NCBI RefSeq assembly: GCF_000023205.1
Contig: NC_012803.1
Location: 480,001 to 512,000, forward strand
DNA: 32,000 nt
Direction of reading: 5' to 3'
Source of the DNA: Micrococcus luteus NCTC 2665
Lineage (GTDB): Bacteria > Actinomycetota > Actinomycetes > Actinomycetales > Micrococcaceae
In this document: positions 27,708 through 32,000 of the stretch, piece by piece
Numbering within the stretch: the first letter of the stretch is position 1
Layout: each line of letters starts with the position of its first letter
Position numbers and translations under genes: made by a program
The notes under the pieces: model-generated
What the model saw: only the letters and a program-made list of their open reading frames with translations
Databases searched by the model: none
Told to the model about the DNA's origin: nothing

Positions 27708-29171
27708 ATGGCACAGTCCACCCTCTACTGGATCATCGCGGCGATCATCGTCGTGCTGCTGATCCTGATCATCCTCTCGGTGGTCGCCTCGCGGCGTCGT
27801 CGCGAGGCCGAGACCGAGGTGGCCGAGACCCTGCTTGAGCGCCGGGGCATCACCGCGGACGCCCCGGGTGAGCAGGCGGCCGCCCCCGCGGCCCCGACCC
27901 GCCTCTCCCGCCTGGACGAGGCGGTGGCCGAGAAGGACGCACGCCCCGCGGCCGGCGGTGCCGGGGTGACCGTGGATCAGCAGGAGGCCCGGAGCGCCGA
28001 GGCCACCGCTGAGACCCACCGTCGCGATCCCGCGGCTCCGGCCGCTCGGGGCACTCTGCGCCCCGCCGCGGCGGCGACGAGCACGCCGCGCGCGGCAGAC
28101 ACCGTGGGCCTGGGCGCGGCCGGGGTGGCCGGCGGCTCCGGCATCACCTTGGACGAGCAGACGCCCGCGGCCGACGTCCCGGCGACCCCGGCCTCCCCGT
28201 CCCCGGTGGCTGAGACCCCCGCCCCGACGGCACCGGCCGCCGAGACTCGGCAGACGAGGAGCCATCTCACCCCGGCTCCCGAGCACGTGCACGGGACCGT
28301 CCCCGCCGACGAGGTCGCCGCCGAGCACACCCCCACCAAGGAGTTCGCCACGGACGCGATCCCCGTCGCGCAGGGCGAGCACCTCGAGACGCACACGGTC
28401 GCCACCACCGCGCACGGCTCGGTCACGGTCGTGGCCGCCGAGTCGGACCAGGCCCAGCGGAACGACGCCGACGGCGCTGAGCGCTCGGCCGCCGGATCCC
28501 TGCGCATCGACGGCACGCCCGGCGTGCCCGGTCGCATGGCCGAGGCGGATCGCGAGCCGGCGCGCACCGAGGACCACCGCGCGGCCGCCGCGCAGCCGGC
28601 GGCGGTCGAGCCCGCGGCCGAGCGCCCGTCCCTCGAGGCTGCCCCGGCCACCCGTCGGGCCGAGGCCCCGGAGACCCACGCCGGTACCACGCCGGCCACG
28701 CCCCTGGGCGGCGCCCCGGAGCTGGATCCGACCGCGGCCTCGTCCGGCCGTGCGGAGGACGCCACCCCGGCGACCCGCCGCGAGGCCCGCGCCGCGCAGT
28801 CGGCGGCGACCGCCGGGACTGCAGGGACGGCTGGGACCGCCGCGCCGACGTCGTCGACGCCCCCGACCGTGGCCCCGGACACCTCCACCTCCTCCGCCCC
28901 CACGGATGCGGAGCCCGCCGAGGACGACACCGAGGGCGCCGCCCTCCCGGACCTGCGGGCGGACCGCGACGAGACCCGAGGCTCGGATGCCGAGGGTGAG
29001 TCGAAGCTGGCCCAGGCCGGCGCCGTGGCGGCCTCCGCGTTCGAGACCGTACGTGACAAGGTCGCCGTCCCGCTGCGGGACAACGTGGCGGTGCCCGCCA
29101 AGGACAAGGTCGTGAAGGTGGTCAAGGACAAGCTGGCCCAGGCGCAGGAGCGCCGCTGGGGCAAGCGCTGA
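27708..29171 (+). CDS. Hypothetical single-pass membrane protein with a long Ala/Pro/Thr/Glu-rich low-complexity region and a Lys/Val-rich C-terminal repeat
   Basis: The 487-aa product starts at an ATG 6 nt after GAGGAG. The N-terminus MAQSTLYWIIAAIIVVLLILIILSVVASRRRRE is a TM segment followed by a positive stop-transfer. Third positions are G/C-rich throughout. The C-terminus reads VRDKVAVPLRDNVAVPAKDKVVKVVKDKL. The antisense ORF 27977..29422 is judged spurious. Confidence 0.6.
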   Translation: MAQSTLYWIIAAIIVVLLILIILSVVASRRRREAETEVAETLLERRGITADAPGEQAAAPAAPTRLSRLDEAVAEKDARPAAGGAGVTVDQQEARSAEATAETHRRDPAAPAARGTLRPAAAATSTPRAADTVGLGAAGVAGGSGITLDEQTPAADVPATPASPSPVAETPAPTAPAAETRQTRSHLTPAPEHVHGTVPADEVAAEHTPTKEFATDAIPVAQGEHLETHTVATTAHGSVTVVAAESDQAQRNDADGAERSAAGSLRIDGTPGVPGRMAEADREPARTEDHRAAAAQPAAVEPAAERPSLEAAPATRRAEAPETHAGTTPATPLGGAPELDPTAASSGRAEDATPATRREARAAQSAATAGTAGTAGTAAPTSSTPPTVAPDTSTSSAPTDAEPAEDDTEGAALPDLRADRDETRGSDAEGESKLAQAGAVAASAFETVRDKVAVPLRDNVAVPAKDKVVKVVKDKLAQAQERRWGKR

Positions 29172-29193
29172 CCTGGGCATTCGCCCCACGACG

Positions 29194-29231
29194 ACGGCGG
29201 CCGCCCCCTCGTGTGAGGGGGCGGCCGCCGT
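29194..29231. terminator. Perfect 17-bp hairpin with a GTGT tetraloop between the convergent 27708..29171(+) gene and katA(-). It is a probable bidirectional terminator.
   Basis: ACGGCGGCCGCCCCCTC (29194..29210) pairs exactly with GAGGGGGCGGCCGCCGT (29215..29231). No clear U-tract lies on either side. Confidence 0.55.
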
Positions 29232-29276
29232 GCGTTCAGCGGAGTGTGCGCGGGCGCCCGCCGGGGGAGGGGGCCG

Positions 29277-30848
<1,572 letters not shown>

Positions 30849-30873
30849 TCACCTCCGATCTTGGCATATTTCT

Positions 30874-32000
30874 GGCTCTCCTGACTGATCCGTGGGTCAT
30901 TTCCGGCCCGGTAGGACGGGTCGGTGGCCGCCGAGGTTGAGCATGGCCAGGGCGATGAGGGCTTCGGGGGACTTGAAGCCGAAGGCGACGCGGGTGATGA
31001 GCCGAATCTTCGTGTTCACGGACTCGATACGTCCGTTGGACAGGCCGTGCTCGATCGCGGCGAGGATCGAGGCCTTGTGCTTGACGATGCGGCGTTGGAG
31101 CTCGACGAAGGCGGGGATGCGGCAACGTCGGGCCCAGCCGATCCAGCGTTCCAGGGCCGTCTCGGCCTCGTCGGCGGGTAGCTGGAAGACCAGGCGCAGT
31201 CCTTCCTTGAGCAGGTAGGCCCGGTGCAGGCGCGGGTCGGTCTTGGCGACCCAGGCGAGCTTGGCCTGCTGCCGGGTGGTGAGGTTCTCGGGGTTCTTCC
31301 ACAGCGCGTACCGGGCGTGCTTGAGCGCCTTGGCGTGCCCGCCGGCCCGCCCGGCCCGGCGCTGCCGGACCGCGCCACGGGCCTCGTTCCACGCCTGGCG
31401 ACGGACCTCGTCCAGGGCCTCGGTGGCCCACTTGACGATGTGGAACGGATCAGCGCACCGCACCGCGTTCGGGCACCGCTCGGCGACCACGGCGGCGATC
31501 CAGTCCGCCCCGTCGGCGCTGACGTGGGTGATCTCGGCGCACCGGTCGGGCCCGAGGGCCTCGAAGAACGCCGCCAGGGTCGCCTTGTCCCGGCCCGGGG
31601 CGGCCCAGACGAGCCGGCCGGTGTCGTGGTCGACCACGATCGTGAGGTAGCGGTGGCCCTTCTTGTAGGAGATCTCATCGATGCCGATCCGTCGCAGGCC
31701 GGCGAACCGGTCGCCGAGGGCCTCCACGTCGGCCCAGACCCGGGTGATGATCGCCCCGACGGTGCGCCAGGCGATGCGCATCAGCTCGGTGACCGCGGAC
31801 TTGGAGCACTGCGTGGCCAGCCAGGCCACCTGCTCGTCGAACACCACGGTGTGACCGGCCCCGTGCCTGGCCCACGGGACGGCGGCCACCGTGGGACCGT
31901 GCTCGCGGCAGGCCACCCGCGGGGCGTCGGCCTCGAGGTAGACCTGCACCGTGCCCAGATCCAGCGCCCGCCACCGCCGCCGACCCTCGCCACGGTCGTA
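30874..32000 (-). mobile_element. ISL3-family insertion sequence, one end only. The element continues beyond the right window edge.
   Basis: A transposase ORF fills 30897..32000. The candidate terminal inverted repeat begins GGCTCTCCTGACTGATCCG at 30874, which resembles the GGCTCTTC-type ISL3 ends. The A/T-rich octamer ATATTTCT (30866..30873) lies just outside it and is a possible 8-bp target duplication. Confidence 0.6.
30897..32000 (-). CDS. ISL3 family transposase (N-terminus truncated by the window edge)
   Basis: The frame stays open to position 32000 (...YDRGEGRRRWRALDLGTVQVYLEADAPRVACREHG...). DDE_Tnp_ISL3 blocks are present: GIDEISYKKGHRYLTIVVDHDTGRLVW, VSADGADWI, DPFHIVKW and NGRIESVNTKIRLITRVAFGF. 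Confidence 0.88.
   Translation of the reverse strand, partial: YDRGEGRRRWRALDLGTVQVYLEADAPRVACREHGPTVAAVPWARHGAGHTVVFDEQVAWLATQCSKSAVTELMRIAWRTVGAIITRVWADVEALGDRFAGLRRIGIDEISYKKGHRYLTIVVDHDTGRLVWAAPGRDKATLAAFFEALGPDRCAEITHVSADGADWIAAVVAERCPNAVRCADPFHIVKWATEALDEVRRQAWNEARGAVRQRRAGRAGGHAKALKHARYALWKNPENLTTRQQAKLAWVAKTDPRLHRAYLLKEGLRLVFQLPADEAETALERWIGWARRCRIPAFVELQRRIVKHKASILAAIEHGLSNGRIESVNTKIRLITRVAFGFKSPEALIALAMLNLGGHRPVLPGRK

Noticed and set aside
28800-28835. Short tandem repeats (the 9-nt gggacngcn units here, and the 12-nt ggcgagggcacc units at 10986..11018) as possible CRISPR or VNTR arrays
   Set aside because: There are only 2-3 imperfect units with no spacers, and they lie inside coding sequence where they encode low-complexity TAG and GEGT peptides. 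They are not CRISPR-like.
27531-29189. The N-terminal 553 aa of track ORF 26625..29189, and ORF 27977..29422, both on the minus strand
   Set aside because: Only the last 301 codons (purU, starting MDTAALS at 27530) look like a protein. The upstream part is antisense to the better-supported plus-strand gene 27708..29171, which has a ribosome-binding site, a TM helix and G/C-rich third positions.

Overview
This is a very GC-rich, gene-dense chromosomal segment. Third codon positions are almost always G or C, and the gene content and order look actinobacterial, possibly Micrococcaceae-like (inference only). I support 24 complete CDS plus two CDS cut by the window edges. Nearly all are housekeeping genes. 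In order they are: gdhA, a GT4 glycosyltransferase, a PerM/DUF6350-like membrane protein, purN, an MFS transporter, purH, mgtE, monomeric icd, ogt, an SRPBCC-TIGR01777 oxidoreductase, a glutaminase-STAS-cNMP fusion protein, hrpB, a 4-gene LpqY-SugABC-like sugar ABC importer, a 2-hydroxyacid dehydrogenase, a gamma-carbonic-anhydrase-like protein, purU, a membrane-anchored low-complexity protein, katA, and a truncated ISL3 insertion sequence at the right edge. I found no rRNA, tRNA, CRISPR array or recognisable riboswitch. The six-frame track holds many very long antisense ORFs (for example 8934..13862 and 17677..20358). These are artefacts of stop-codon scarcity in high-GC DNA. I do not see a convincing novel multi-gene system, and this looks like an ordinary core-genome region with one IS. 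The items most worth a second look are: (1) the glutaminase-fold protein that lacks the Ser-x-x-Lys catalytic motif and is fused to STAS and cNMP-binding domains; (2) a perfect 26-bp-stem palindromic element between icd and ogt; (3) the ISL3 end about 80 bp upstream of katA, next to two CGATCG-centred perfect palindromes; (4) a recurrent xANNNT-N6-8-start-codon architecture at 13 gene starts that suggests leaderless transcripts, including two overlapping divergent -10 boxes in a 22-bp intergenic region.
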